Both the position numbers and the translations under genes were made by a program. A stretch of 64,000 nt of DNA from Candidatus Hadarchaeales archaeon (GTDB lineage: Archaea; Hadarchaeota; Hadarchaeia; Hadarchaeales; Hadarchaeaceae), in the NCBI GenBank assembly GCA_038851075.1, contig JAWCLG010000005.1:2308-66307 (forward strand), given 5' to 3'. Under the pieces are notes generated by a model. The model made no database searches, was not told the origin of the DNA, and saw only the letters and a program-made list of their open reading frames with translations. Position 1 is the stretch's first letter. Each line of letters starts with the position of its first letter. This document shows positions 1 through 9,248 of the stretch, in pieces.

Positions 1-2
1 TA

Positions 3-980
3 CCGTACGATCTTGAGGAAGACGGTGTTAGGGCGTTCATAAGGGGAACCGGTGCGAAAAGGGTCGCCCTGCAGCTCCCGGCCGGCCTCAGGCCCATGCT
101 CCGCACGATACGCGAGACGGTGGAGGACGCGGGTGCGGAGCCCGTGTTCCTGGGAGATCCGTGCTACGGCGCCTGCGACCCGGGCGATGAAAGGGCAAGG
201 ATGGCTGGATGCGATGCCCTGGTTCACTACGGGCACTCCGACATGGGGTTGAAAACGTCAGTACCGGTGATGTACGTTGAAGCCAGAATGACGATCGATC
301 CGGTTGATCACGTGAGAAAATCGCTCGACCTCATCAGTTTCAGGAGGGTCGGGCTGATCAGCAGCGTTCAGCACGCGTGGTCCCTCGAAAGGGTGGCTGC
401 CGTGCTTGTGGAAAACGGCATGCAACCGGTGATCTCCGCACCAGGGCCGAGGACCAGACATCCCGGGCAGGTCCTTGGGTGTGAATTCTTCTGCGCGCGG
501 TCAATAGCTGACAGGGTCGATGGGTTTCTCTACATCGGTACCGGCGCCTTTCACCCTCTGGGGTGCCTGCTCGCCGCGGGCAAGTCAACGGTCTCAATTA
601 ATCCTGTTTCGGGATTGTTCACGGATTTCTCAGCGGATGACCTTCTCAGGAGGAGGGCGGCGGCGGTATCGCGCGCTTCCTTCTGCGACAGTTTCGGAGT
701 CGTGGCCAGCACGAAGCCCGGGCAGATGCGGCTGGGGCTCGCTGAGAAGATCGCGGAGGAGCTGAGGAATGCTGGAAGGGATGCCCACGTGATATCTGTG
801 GACCGGGTGACTCCGGAGGAGCTGGACGACTTCGGCCTTGAGGCGTTCGTTTGCACAGCCTGTCCCAGAATAGCCCTTGATGACTCAGAGAGGTTCAGGG
901 GTCCGGTCCTCACCCCGTTCGAGTGCAGGGTGATGCTGGGGTCCGAAGATTTTGGGAGGTACAGGATGGATGAGCTGTGA
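3..980 (+). CDS. dph2: Diphthamide biosynthesis enzyme Dph2 (5'-truncated by window edge)
   Basis: Frame is open back to the window start (PYDLEEDGVRAFIRGTGAKRVALQLPAGL...). Motifs GDPCYGACD, HYGHS, GQVLGC, YIGTGAFHP and ACPRIALDD are typical of archaeal Dph2, and it sits upstream of csl4-rpoL. Confidence 0.95.
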   Translation, partial: PYDLEEDGVRAFIRGTGAKRVALQLPAGLRPMLRTIRETVEDAGAEPVFLGDPCYGACDPGDERARMAGCDALVHYGHSDMGLKTSVPVMYVEARMTIDPVDHVRKSLDLISFRRVGLISSVQHAWSLERVAAVLVENGMQPVISAPGPRTRHPGQVLGCEFFCARSIADRVDGFLYIGTGAFHPLGCLLAAGKSTVSINPVSGLFTDFSADDLLRRRAAAVSRASFCDSFGVVASTKPGQMRLGLAEKIAEELRNAGRDAHVISVDRVTPEELDDFGLEAFVCTACPRIALDDSERFRGPVLTPFECRVMLGSEDFGRYRMDEL

Positions 981-1051
981 CCGCCGGACAGGGCACGGAC
1001 CCGTCAGCAAAAGGATATAAATCACCGAATGTGAATGTGGGTGAGATTGAT

Positions 1052-1630
1052 ATGGTCGAGGTTAAAACCGGAGACTTTGTGGTGCCGGGGGATCTGCTCG
1101 GCACCGCGGAGGAGTTCGTGCCAGGTGAGGGAGCGTACGAGGAAGGAGGAAAGATATACTCATCTTCGACAGGAGTGGTCCTCCTGGACTCCAGGAAGAA
1201 GCACGTTTCAGTTTTCCCCAGGGTCCGCGGCCCGCCCATCCTGAAGAGGGGGGATGTGGTGATAGGGGTGGTGGAGGATGTGAGGGAGCAGTTCGCGAAC
1301 GTTTCAATAGCATTCCTGCGCGGCAGGGAGGACAGGGAGCTCCCGATACCGGGGTACGGGATGGTGCACATCTCCCAGACCAGCACCGGATACGTCAGGG
1401 ACCTGAGCAGACAGTTCAGACCAGGGGACATCATAAGGGCGAAGGTTATAAGCGCTGAAAGAGAGCCGGTCCAGCTGACCACTGTGGGAGACGATCTGGG
1501 TGTCCTGTTCAGCAGATGCAGCAGGTGCAGGAACGTGCTCGAGTCCGACGGCAAAAGGTTAAAGTGTCCGAACTGCGGAAGGATCGAGATGAGAAAGACC
1601 GCCAGCGATTACAGAGGAGGGACGGCGTAA
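1052..1630 (+). CDS. csl4: Exosome complex RNA-binding protein Csl4
   Basis: VVPGDLLG N-terminus, S1 domain and C-terminal Zn ribbon (CSRC...CPNC...RK). ATG at 1052 is preferred over the ORF-track start at 977. Confidence 0.95.
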   Translation: MVEVKTGDFVVPGDLLGTAEEFVPGEGAYEEGGKIYSSSTGVVLLDSRKKHVSVFPRVRGPPILKRGDVVIGVVEDVREQFANVSIAFLRGREDRELPIPGYGMVHISQTSTGYVRDLSRQFRPGDIIRAKVISAEREPVQLTTVGDDLGVLFSRCSRCRNVLESDGKRLKCPNCGRIEMRKTASDYRGGTA

Positions 1631-1648
1631 GCGGTCTCATAAGGTGAT

Positions 1649-1939
1649 TTGATGGAGATTGAAGTTGTTGAGAAGAAGGGGGACACTCTGAGGATACGCA
1701 TCGAGGGAGAGGGGCACACCCTCTGTAACCTGTTGAAGTCGGAGCTTGTGAGGAGCGATGTCACCGAGGCGGCTGCATACCGCATAGATCATCCCCTTAC
1801 AGAGCCCCCCGAGTTCTACCTGAAGACGAGCGGCAAGAGCCCGAAGAGCGTCATGGCCGGCGCTGCGAAGAGGATCGCCGAGGAGAGCGCGGAGTTTGCA
1901 GAGATTTTCCAGAAGGCAATTAAAAAGAAGCAGCAATAG
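1649..1939 (+). CDS. rpoL: DNA-directed RNA polymerase subunit L (Rpo11)
   Basis: GEGHTLCNLL and AAYRIDHPL motifs; conserved position after csl4. Confidence 0.97.
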   Translation: MMEIEVVEKKGDTLRIRIEGEGHTLCNLLKSELVRSDVTEAAAYRIDHPLTEPPEFYLKTSGKSPKSVMAGAAKRIAEESAEFAEIFQKAIKKKQQ

Positions 1940-1954
1940 TTCAACCGGTGTTCC

Positions 1955-2551
1955 TTGAGGCAGAAACCCATTCACCTGAAGCCCGAGATAAGAATACTCG
2001 GAGTCGACGACGGCCCTTTTGATCCAGATCACACAGGAGAAGTGCCGCTCGTCGGCGTCGTGATGAGGGGGGGCAGGTGGGTGGACGGGATTATGAGGAC
2101 CTCCGTGATGAAGGACGGCACCGATTCGACCGAGCGTCTCATCGGGATGGTCCTCGGGAGCAGGCATTTTGAGCAGCTGCGGGTGATAATGACCGAGGGC
2201 ATCACTTTCGCCGGATTCAACGTTATGGACGTGAGCGAGGTCCACGTGAAAACAGGTCTGCCGGTGGTGGTGCTGTCGCGCGAGCTTCCCAGCATGAGGG
2301 ACATAAGAAAGGCGATAGCGAACGTTCCGGGCTGGAGGGAGAGGTGGGAACTGATAAAAAACGCGGGAAGGATACATCCAGTTGATCTGAAGGGAGGCAG
2401 GGTCTACGTGCAGGCCACCGGGATGAGGCTCGAGGACGCGGTGAGGCTGGTCAGGCTCAGCTCAACGAGGAGCATCATGCCGGAACCTCTCAGGATAGCG
2501 CACCTGATCGCGACAGCCATTGTGAGGGGTGAGAGCTACGGCAGGGTCTAG
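1955..2551 (+). CDS. DUF99 (UPF0215, endonuclease V-like) family protein
   Basis: RILGVDDGPF...DGTDST...GITFAGFNV...PEPLRIAHLIA pattern; conserved neighbour of rpoL. Confidence 0.9.
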   Translation: MRQKPIHLKPEIRILGVDDGPFDPDHTGEVPLVGVVMRGGRWVDGIMRTSVMKDGTDSTERLIGMVLGSRHFEQLRVIMTEGITFAGFNVMDVSEVHVKTGLPVVVLSRELPSMRDIRKAIANVPGWRERWELIKNAGRIHPVDLKGGRVYVQATGMRLEDAVRLVRLSSTRSIMPEPLRIAHLIATAIVRGESYGRV

Positions 2552-2630
2552 AAGGTCACGCGGCAGGTCCCGGGCACTCAGCACGCGCAGAAAGAGATCA
2601 CCGCGCGTGCAGAGAAAGCGTGAGCTGGAT

Positions 2631-3128
2631 ATGCTGAAGAGGGGAGCGAGGGCCCTGGTCGAGCTGCTGCTTATGGTTGGGTTCTTCTACTTTCTTATAT
2701 CAGGATCGCTCACCGTGGCGCTGAACAACACGTCTTTCTGGATGGCCGTCACGTCGAACAGCATGCGCCACTCAGGAGAGGACTGGCGCCTTGACTACAG
2801 CTCTCTTGGTTACGACACCTCATCCTTCCCGATGCAGGGCGGATTCGAGCGCGGGGACCTGCTGATAGTGCAGGGGGTCGGTTCGCCATCGCAGATCTCG
2901 GTGGGGGACGTGGTGATAGTTGACCTGGGAGCGGATCGCCTCCCGCTCGTGCACAGGGTCATCGATATGTGGGAGGAAAACGGAGAGATAAGGATCAGGA
3001 CGAAGGGCGATGCCAACTTTGCGTCACTTCCGGGAGAGATTTCGATAGAGCCGGAGCGGATAATCGGCAGGGCGGTTTTCGTCATACCGAAGATAGGGCA
3101 CATATTCCTGTGGGTTCAGGGCAGGTGA
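2631..3128 (+). CDS. Signal peptidase I (Sec11/S26 type)
   Basis: N-terminal TM segment, catalytic Ser in TSNSM, GDLLIV, VHRV and TKGDAN (Ser-His-Asp). ATG 2631 preferred over the overlapping ORF-track start. Confidence 0.85.
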   Translation: MLKRGARALVELLLMVGFFYFLISGSLTVALNNTSFWMAVTSNSMRHSGEDWRLDYSSLGYDTSSFPMQGGFERGDLLIVQGVGSPSQISVGDVVIVDLGADRLPLVHRVIDMWEENGEIRIRTKGDANFASLPGEISIEPERIIGRAVFVIPKIGHIFLWVQGR

Positions 3129-3134
3129 GAGGGC

Positions 3135-3521
3135 TTGAGGTGTCCGAGGCTCGCGGCGGACGTGATCATAGAGCATGAGGGCGGAGTGGTGCTGGTGAGG
3201 AGAAAAAACGAGCCTTACCGGGGAAGGTGGGCGATACCGGGCGGGTTCGTGGAGTACGGTGAGAGGGTCGAGGAGGCTGCGGTGAGGGAGGCCGCCGAGG
3301 AGACAGGGCTCAGGGTTAGGATAGAGCGGATCGTTGGGATTTACTCTGATCCAAACCGCGATCCCAGGGGACACGTGGTCAGCATCTGTTTTGCAGCCAG
3401 AAGCGTGGGTGGAGCGCTTCTTCCGTCCAGTGATGCATCTGAGGCGAGGGTGTTTAGAAGGCCACCGCGCAGGCTTGCTTTCGATCACGGCAAAATTTTA
3501 AAGGATTACGGACTTATCTGA
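3135..3521 (+). CDS. NUDIX hydrolase (ADP-ribose pyrophosphatase-like)
   Basis: Nudix box GGFVEYGERVEEAAVREAAEETGL; RDPRGHVVS and LAFDH motifs. Confidence 0.93.
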   Translation: MRCPRLAADVIIEHEGGVVLVRRKNEPYRGRWAIPGGFVEYGERVEEAAVREAAEETGLRVRIERIVGIYSDPNRDPRGHVVSICFAARSVGGALLPSSDASEARVFRRPPRRLAFDHGKILKDYGLI

Positions 3522-3525
3522 AAAC

Positions 3526-3849
3526 ATGCAGTTCTGTCCCAAGTGCGGCTCCATGATGATTCCCCGGAAGAGGAGTGGCAAGGTCCAGCTGGTCTGCATG
3601 TCATGCTGCCACGTTCAGGAGGGAGCCGCAGAGGGCTACAGGGTGGTCAGGAAAAACAGGGAGGAGAAGGATGTCACGATCATCGATGAGAAGCGGGGAG
3701 AGGCGCTTCCCACCACGAAGACAAAATGTCCGGCATGCGGACACGACCAGGCTTACTGGTGGATGCGCCAGACGAGGGCGGCCGACGAGCCTTCCACCAG
3801 GTTTTACAAGTGCGTGAAGTGTGGTAAGGTATGGAGGGAGTACAGCTGA
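3526..3849 (+). CDS. tfs: Transcription factor S (TFS)
   Basis: Two Zn ribbons (CPKC...CMSC and CPAC...CVKC) with the acidic hairpin QTRAADEP. Confidence 0.96.
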   Translation: MQFCPKCGSMMIPRKRSGKVQLVCMSCCHVQEGAAEGYRVVRKNREEKDVTIIDEKRGEALPTTKTKCPACGHDQAYWWMRQTRAADEPSTRFYKCVKCGKVWREYS

Positions 3850-4208
3850 ATTTTTTCGAGGATCAGGGCGGCTACAGGCCCCCTCCAGCAAAGCCGCGCA
3901 TGATCTCCGGGATAAGGGCGGGCGACAGAAGGGTCCGCGTTGTGGGGGTCGTGAGCGACATCAAGAGCTCCGAACTCACGCTGGACGATAAGTCGGGCAG
4001 GATCCAGGTGATATTCGACGACAGTTCGACGGTGTTGGGAGTCGACGTGGGGTCCAAGATATGCGTCATAGGCACGCCTCTGACGGTCTCTGGGAAGACG
4101 GAACTCCGCGCCGAGATTATAAGGAAGGTAGATGGTCTGGATCTAGAACTCTACGATGAGTTTATGAAGGTCCTCGATGAAATTGAGAGGAGGGGATTCA
4201 GCTGCTGA
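3831..4208 (+). CDS. Single OB-fold protein, replication protein A small subunit (RPA14/RPA3-like)
   Basis: PAKPRMISGI...RVRVVGVV...LDDKSG...ICVIG...AEII...DLELY pattern resembles Thermococcales RPA14 (recognised by eye). Confidence 0.75.
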   Translation: MEGVQLNFFEDQGGYRPPPAKPRMISGIRAGDRRVRVVGVVSDIKSSELTLDDKSGRIQVIFDDSSTVLGVDVGSKICVIGTPLTVSGKTELRAEIIRKVDGLDLELYDEFMKVLDEIERRGFSC

Positions 4209-4957
4209 GGATAAAGACAAAGGACGCGAAGGTTTGGAAGACGTGCATCGGCATGATGGTAAACCTCGTGGATGAGGCGGCGTTCAAGCTGACGGAGAGC
4301 GGACTGAAGACAAGGGCCATGGACCCATCTCGCATTTCGCTGATCGATCTGGACATACCCGCCTCCGCGTTTTCAGAGTACCATGTCAGGGAGCCGGTGG
4401 TCCTCGGCGTCAAGCTTTCTGAGATGGAGAAGGTCGTGTCCAGGGGAAAGCCGGACGATGAGATGGTTCTGGAACTGGACCAGAACGCCAGCCGGATGAT
4501 CGTGACTTTCATTGGCTCCTCGACCAGGAAGTTGACGATGCCGCTCGTGGATATCGGTGAGTCCGAGCTGCCGGATCCCAAGCTGCAGTTCCAGGCAGCG
4601 GTCGAGGTGCTGGCGGGAGTGATTCAGGATGGTATCAAGGACGCCGAGATGGTGGCGGATAAAGTGAGGTTCGAAGTAAAGGAAGATGCGCTGATAATGA
4701 CTGCTGAGGGAGACAAAGGAAAAACCGAGTTCACGCTGCGGAAGGGTGATAAGGGCCTTTTGAAGATCTCGGCGAAGGAGCAGGTCAGGTCTTCGTTCAA
4801 CCTGAAGTATCTTTCAGACGTTCTGGGGGAGGCTGGATCCGGAGATACGGTGATCATAAATCTGGGCGAGAAAATGCCGATCCAGCTAGATTTCCCGGTC
4901 GCTGATGGAAAGGGAAAGCTGAGGTTCATCCTTGCGCCGGTAGTTGAATCGGACTGA
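4202..4957 (+). CDS. pcna: DNA polymerase sliding clamp PCNA
   Basis: NLVDEAAFK, RAMDPSRISLIDL, FNLKYL and LRFILAP motifs. The conserved N-terminal strand (LRIKTKDAKVWK) lies upstream of the first ATG (4253), so the start is probably CTG at 4202 or 4205. Confidence 0.95.
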   Translation: MLRIKTKDAKVWKTCIGMMVNLVDEAAFKLTESGLKTRAMDPSRISLIDLDIPASAFSEYHVREPVVLGVKLSEMEKVVSRGKPDDEMVLELDQNASRMIVTFIGSSTRKLTMPLVDIGESELPDPKLQFQAAVEVLAGVIQDGIKDAEMVADKVRFEVKEDALIMTAEGDKGKTEFTLRKGDKGLLKISAKEQVRSSFNLKYLSDVLGEAGSGDTVIINLGEKMPIQLDFPVADGKGKLRFILAPVVESD

Positions 4958-4981
4958 CATTCGGAAGAGAAATAAGCGCGC

Positions 4982-6274
4982 ATGATAATTACATCACCGG
5001 ACCCGAGGAGATGTTTGACCTTGTTTCAGCAGAACCTCATAACCGCCCTGAATCCATTTTCGGAAGAGGCGAGGGAGATAGTGAGCTCGTCGCCTCCTCT
5101 CGATAACATGCCCGAGGATATAGTGGAGCTGGCGGTCAGGAGGATAAGCTGGAGTACCGGAGAGATGAGGATCGGGCAGGGCGAGGATGACGTTAGAAGG
5201 GACGTTCTCTCTTTTTACCTGATGTGCCAGGGTGTTGCCGCGGTCTCCTATCCTTACTCCAGAGAGGTCAGGGCGGTCAGCGATGTGACCAGGAACACGA
5301 TCAGGTATCGCATGTACGACCTTTTCAGGAGGGGGATGGGCGATGCTTGTCTGGAGGCGGTGAGAAGGTCGATAAACGTGATCGGGCTGGGGGAGGACAT
5401 GAGGCTCCCTGGGGGCGCTGAGATACCCAGGTCTGACATCATGAAGATACGCGCGATCGAGCTTCAGGAGGACGAAGTCGATATCGCGGACAGAGTGGCG
5501 GATCAGTACAGCCCGGCTTATGCCGTGAGATGGAGCGACATGACTCCGCTGCTGAAGCACAGACGCGCGGAGCTCGTGAAGATGTACATCGTTGGGGGCT
5601 GGGTCGTGATAACGCTCAGGGACCTGTGGAACATCTATGCGGGCCTGATCGCGGTCAGGACGGAGGAGTACATTCAGTCCGTTTACGAGAGAATCCTCGA
5701 CTCCGGAGTGCCGCGCTCGTCGCTGATAAACGTGGGCAGCAGGATAGTTTCATCGCTTCCGAGGGCACCCGCAGCAGCCGAGTTCGTTCCGAGGTTTGCG
5801 TCGAGAAGGTTGGACCCGGAATTCTTCCCACCCTGCGTGAGGGCAGCTCTTGCTGGAACGGGATCCGGGCTCAGGAACTACGCGATAACAGTCCTTCTGA
5901 CATCGTTCCTCTCCTACGCCAGGCTCTCTCCACCTTCTTCTGCGGTGAAGATAACGGACGTAACGAGCGACATCTCGGTCGTGAGCGAGGAGATAGCGCC
6001 GCTGATATTCGAGGCCGCCGAGAGGTGCAATCCGCCGCTGTTCAAGGATCAGCCACAGGAAAAGGCCAGCATATTTTATCATCTGGGTTTCGGCATGGTC
6101 GAGCGTCCGACCCCGGCCGATTCCGGGAAGTCCAAGTGGTACAGGCCACCAAACTGCTCGAAGATCCAGATGTCGGCTCCTCCACTCTGCGTTCCGGACG
6201 AGCTGTGCAGAAAGGTGAAGAATCCGCTGACCTACTACTTCAGGAGGATGGCCGAGGGCCGTGCGAGGGGGTAA
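4982..6274 (+). CDS. priL: DNA primase large subunit PriL
   Basis: FFPPCV...GLRNYAITVLLTSFL, RCNPPL and YRPPNCSKI...LC...C..VKNPLTYY Fe-S domain; located between pcna and priS. Confidence 0.92.
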   Translation: MIITSPDPRRCLTLFQQNLITALNPFSEEAREIVSSSPPLDNMPEDIVELAVRRISWSTGEMRIGQGEDDVRRDVLSFYLMCQGVAAVSYPYSREVRAVSDVTRNTIRYRMYDLFRRGMGDACLEAVRRSINVIGLGEDMRLPGGAEIPRSDIMKIRAIELQEDEVDIADRVADQYSPAYAVRWSDMTPLLKHRRAELVKMYIVGGWVVITLRDLWNIYAGLIAVRTEEYIQSVYERILDSGVPRSSLINVGSRIVSSLPRAPAAAEFVPRFASRRLDPEFFPPCVRAALAGTGSGLRNYAITVLLTSFLSYARLSPPSSAVKITDVTSDISVVSEEIAPLIFEAAERCNPPLFKDQPQEKASIFYHLGFGMVERPTPADSGKSKWYRPPNCSKIQMSAPPLCVPDELCRKVKNPLTYYFRRMAEGRARG

Positions 6275-6284
6275 AACTTTGAAC

Positions 6285-7232
6285 ATGAGGGAGTCGACAC
6301 CTGAGGAGAGGAGGAGGTTCTACGCCGAGGAGTGGAGGCCTGAGGATCTTCCCGGTTTCATCACGCGCACGATCGGTTCGAGGGAGTTCGGGTTCGACAT
6401 GGACGGGACCGGCCCCAGCAACAGGTACAACCAGTTCCAGAGCCCCGCGGACCTCGAGAGGTTTCTGAGGAGGTGGAGCCCTTACTCCGCGTACGCGAGC
6501 GTGGCGATGTACACCAGGCCATCGGCCAGGGAGGGTTGGATGAAGTCCGAGCTCGCGATGGACATAGATGCCAAGGACCTTCCGATCAGGACATGCGGAT
6601 GCCGGGAGGGCAGTGTTTGTGAGGTGTGCATCGAGGAGGCGAGAAGGGTAGCGATCGAATTCTCGGAGACGCTCGGCGGTGACCTTGATCTCAAGGACAT
6701 TCACATGGTATACTCGGGCAGAGGTTTCCACGTCAGGGTCATGGACGAGAGGGTGATGCCGCTGGAGCAGACCGAGAGGGGGCAGATAGTTGAGTACGTC
6801 ACTGGCGGTGTTTTGCCAACGGATCTCACGCTCAGCCTGGGGTACTCCCGTGTTTTCAGGGAGCGCGCGGCGAGAACCCTCAGCATGATCCCGGAAGAAA
6901 AGCTCCTCAGCTCCGGGATGAGGCGGAGCATCGTTGAGAGGATTTTTGCGGAGAGAGATAAAGCGGTCGCCGCGATGAGGGCGGGGAGGTTCGACGAGAT
7001 ATCCGAAATCGAGGGTATGGGGAAGAGGACCTTCATGAGGTTCCTGGAGTTGCTGGCAAGGGTGAACATGGAGTGCACCGACGGAAAGGTCACCGTGGAC
7101 ACAAAGCGCATACTCAGGCTTCCTTCGAGCCTGCACTCGGGCGTTAGCATGAAGTGCATCGAGGTCAGAGATATTGAAAGGTTCAGGCTCGATGACGCGG
7201 TTCCAAAGTTCATGCGGGAGGCCGGAGCTTGA
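6285..7232 (+). CDS. priS: DNA primase catalytic subunit PriS
   Basis: REFGFD, ELAMDIDAKDL, YSGRGFHV and VTVDTKRILRLPSSLH motifs. Confidence 0.96.
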   Translation: MRESTPEERRRFYAEEWRPEDLPGFITRTIGSREFGFDMDGTGPSNRYNQFQSPADLERFLRRWSPYSAYASVAMYTRPSAREGWMKSELAMDIDAKDLPIRTCGCREGSVCEVCIEEARRVAIEFSETLGGDLDLKDIHMVYSGRGFHVRVMDERVMPLEQTERGQIVEYVTGGVLPTDLTLSLGYSRVFRERAARTLSMIPEEKLLSSGMRRSIVERIFAERDKAVAAMRAGRFDEISEIEGMGKRTFMRFLELLARVNMECTDGKVTVDTKRILRLPSSLHSGVSMKCIEVRDIERFRLDDAVPKFMREAGA

Positions 7233-7777
7233 GCGGGTTCTCGCTGGATGAGCTCAGAGAGGTCCTGGACGCTGAGAGGAGAAGGATGGACCTCGTCGAA
7301 CTTCCGGGGAACTTTTTCAGGGACGCGGCCGACTACATGTCCAGGCTTATCTTCGAGGCTCAGAACTCTAGTGGGATCAGGGAGGAGATACTGCGAGCCG
7401 AGCTGGCCGGGGTGTCACGTGCGCTTGAGGAGCTGTACCTCCTCAGGCGGTCCAAGGTTCTGCGCATGCTCTCGCGCGGAGTGAAACCTCAGTTTTCAGA
7501 GGATGAGGAGGGATATGAGGAGATCGACAGGGTTCTGAAGAGGATGGAGATTGAGCTCCTCCACTCAGCGGCCATCAGACCGAGGGTCGCGCACCCGTCC
7601 GGACCGGTGAGATCCGTCTGCCTCTTTCTTATAGACATTCCCGAGAGGATAATATGCGAGGACAGGAAGGCGTACGGACCATTCGTCAGGGGGGACATTG
7701 CGAACATTCCAAAGAAGAACGCCGAGATACTGAGCAGACATGGAGCCGTGGCTATCCTCATCGAGGACAGACCGTAA
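7229..7777 (+). CDS. GINS complex subunit (Gins51/Gins15 type)
   Basis: ERR..DLVELPGNFF helical A domain and C-terminal B domain (YGPFVRGDIANIPKKNAEIL); conserved priS-gins-rpl44e synteny. Confidence 0.85.
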   Translation: MSGFSLDELREVLDAERRRMDLVELPGNFFRDAADYMSRLIFEAQNSSGIREEILRAELAGVSRALEELYLLRRSKVLRMLSRGVKPQFSEDEEGYEEIDRVLKRMEIELLHSAAIRPRVAHPSGPVRSVCLFLIDIPERIICEDRKAYGPFVRGDIANIPKKNAEILSRHGAVAILIEDRP

Positions 7778-7834
7778 AACGCGTGAGCGATACTCTTTTT
7801 GAGTTGTAGTTAAGATTGTTTCCGAGGGATATCT

Positions 7835-8113
7835 GTGAAGATACCGAAAAAGATAAGGACTTTCTGTCCCAGATGCAGGAAGCACACCCAGCACACGGTT
7901 TCGCAGCTCAAGAAGAGGTCCGCGAGGCCGCTCAGCTGGGGTCAGCGCCAGTTCGCCAGGGTAACCGCGGGTTACGGGAGCCAGCCGAGGTCGGAGCAGA
8001 AAAAGTTCTCAAAGACCACCAAGAAGGTCGTACTGATGTTAAAATGCGGAGAGTGCGGAAAGTCACATCCGAAGAGAGGATTCAGGAGCAAGGGAGTGAA
8101 ATTCGGTGAGTGA
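7835..8113 (+). CDS. rpl44e: 50S ribosomal protein L44e
   Basis: MKIPKKIRTFCPRCRKHTQH...GYGSQP...KTTKKVVL..KC.ECGK. Confidence 0.98.
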   Translation: MKIPKKIRTFCPRCRKHTQHTVSQLKKRSARPLSWGQRQFARVTAGYGSQPRSEQKKFSKTTKKVVLMLKCGECGKSHPKRGFRSKGVKFGE

Positions 8114-8291
8114 TAAGATGCCTGAGCAGAAGTTCGTGCTGGTCAGGTGTCCCGACTGCGGCAACGAGCAGCCCGTTTATGTTCGTGCCAGCACCCCGGT
8201 GAAGTGTCAGGTATGCGGAAAGACGCTCGCTTCGCCCAGGGGCGGAAGGGCCGAACTGAAGGGCAGCGTGGTCAGGGCCCTGGAGATCTAG
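8106..8291 (+). CDS. rps27e: 30S ribosomal protein S27e
   Basis: FVLVRCPDCGNEQ...VKCQVCGKTLASPRGG. Confidence 0.97.
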   Translation: MSDKMPEQKFVLVRCPDCGNEQPVYVRASTPVKCQVCGKTLASPRGGRAELKGSVVRALEI

Positions 8292-8299
8292 GTGGTGAT

Positions 8300-9082
8300 T
8301 TGGTCAGGCGCAGGTCAGAGTGGCCCTCCGTCGATGAGCTCGTCATATGCACCGTCAGGGAGATCTTCAACCAGGGCGCCTTCGTGACGCTCGACGAGTA
8401 CGGGGGCAAGGAGGGGATGGTCCACATCTCGGAGGTGGCGTCCGGCTGGATCAAGAACATAAGAGATCACATCAGGGAGAACCAGAAGGTCGTCTGCACG
8501 GTGCTGGACGTGAACCCCGAGAGAAAAAAGATAGACCTCTCGATAAGGAGGGTCAAGGACAATGAGAGGAAGTGGAAGATCCACAGGTCGAAGCTGGAGC
8601 AGAGGGGTGAGAAACTGCTCGAGCTCGCGGCTCAGAAGCTGAGAAAGGACCTGGATACCGCCTACGCCGAGGTCGGTTTCACGTTGCAGGAGAGGTACGG
8701 TGACATATACTCCGCACTTGAGGTGGCGGCAAAAAACAGGGAGGAAATTGAGAAGATTGTCGGGAGCGAATGGGCAGAGGTGCTGCACGAGGTCGGCAGC
8801 AGCAACATAGAGGCGCCCTCATACAGGGTCACGGGCAGGCTGGCCCTGACGTGTCCGCTTCCTAACGGGATCGAGGTGATAAAGTCGGCTTTGGCATCTG
8901 CGAAGTCCATGACAATAACGGAGGGGGTTGATATAGACTTCCGCTACGTGGGAGCCCCATTCTTCATGATCGAGGCGCGCGGGCCGTCTTACAAGGTCGC
9001 GGATGGAGCGATGAGGAAGGCGGCGGGAATCGCGATCGATGCGGTCAAAAAGGCCGGAGGCAGCGGCGAGTTCAGGGGATGA
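8300..9082 (+). CDS. eif2a: Translation initiation factor 2 subunit alpha
   Basis: EWPSVDELV, GAFVTLDEY, GMVHISEVASGWIKNIRD and YVGAP motifs. TTG start at 8300 follows a GGTGA Shine-Dalgarno-like site. Confidence 0.97.
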   Translation: MVRRRSEWPSVDELVICTVREIFNQGAFVTLDEYGGKEGMVHISEVASGWIKNIRDHIRENQKVVCTVLDVNPERKKIDLSIRRVKDNERKWKIHRSKLEQRGEKLLELAAQKLRKDLDTAYAEVGFTLQERYGDIYSALEVAAKNREEIEKIVGSEWAEVLHEVGSSNIEAPSYRVTGRLALTCPLPNGIEVIKSALASAKSMTITEGVDIDFRYVGAPFFMIEARGPSYKVADGAMRKAAGIAIDAVKKAGGSGEFRG

Positions 9083-9086
9083 AGAA

Positions 9087-9248
9087 ATGAAGATGAAAAA
9101 GTGCAAACCCTGCGGGATATACACCCTGAAGGAAGTCTGTCCCAGATGCGGAAAGAAAACGGTTTCACCGCATCCGCCACGCTTTTCACCTCTTGACCCG
9201 TATGGGAAATATAGGCGAATGACCAAACGGTGTGCGGAGGTGCTGTGA
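9087..9248 (+). CDS. nop10: H/ACA RNP protein Nop10
   Basis: KCKPCGIYTLKEVCPRCG...PHPPRFSPLDPYGKYRR. Confidence 0.97.
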   Translation: MKMKKCKPCGIYTLKEVCPRCGKKTVSPHPPRFSPLDPYGKYRRMTKRCAEVL

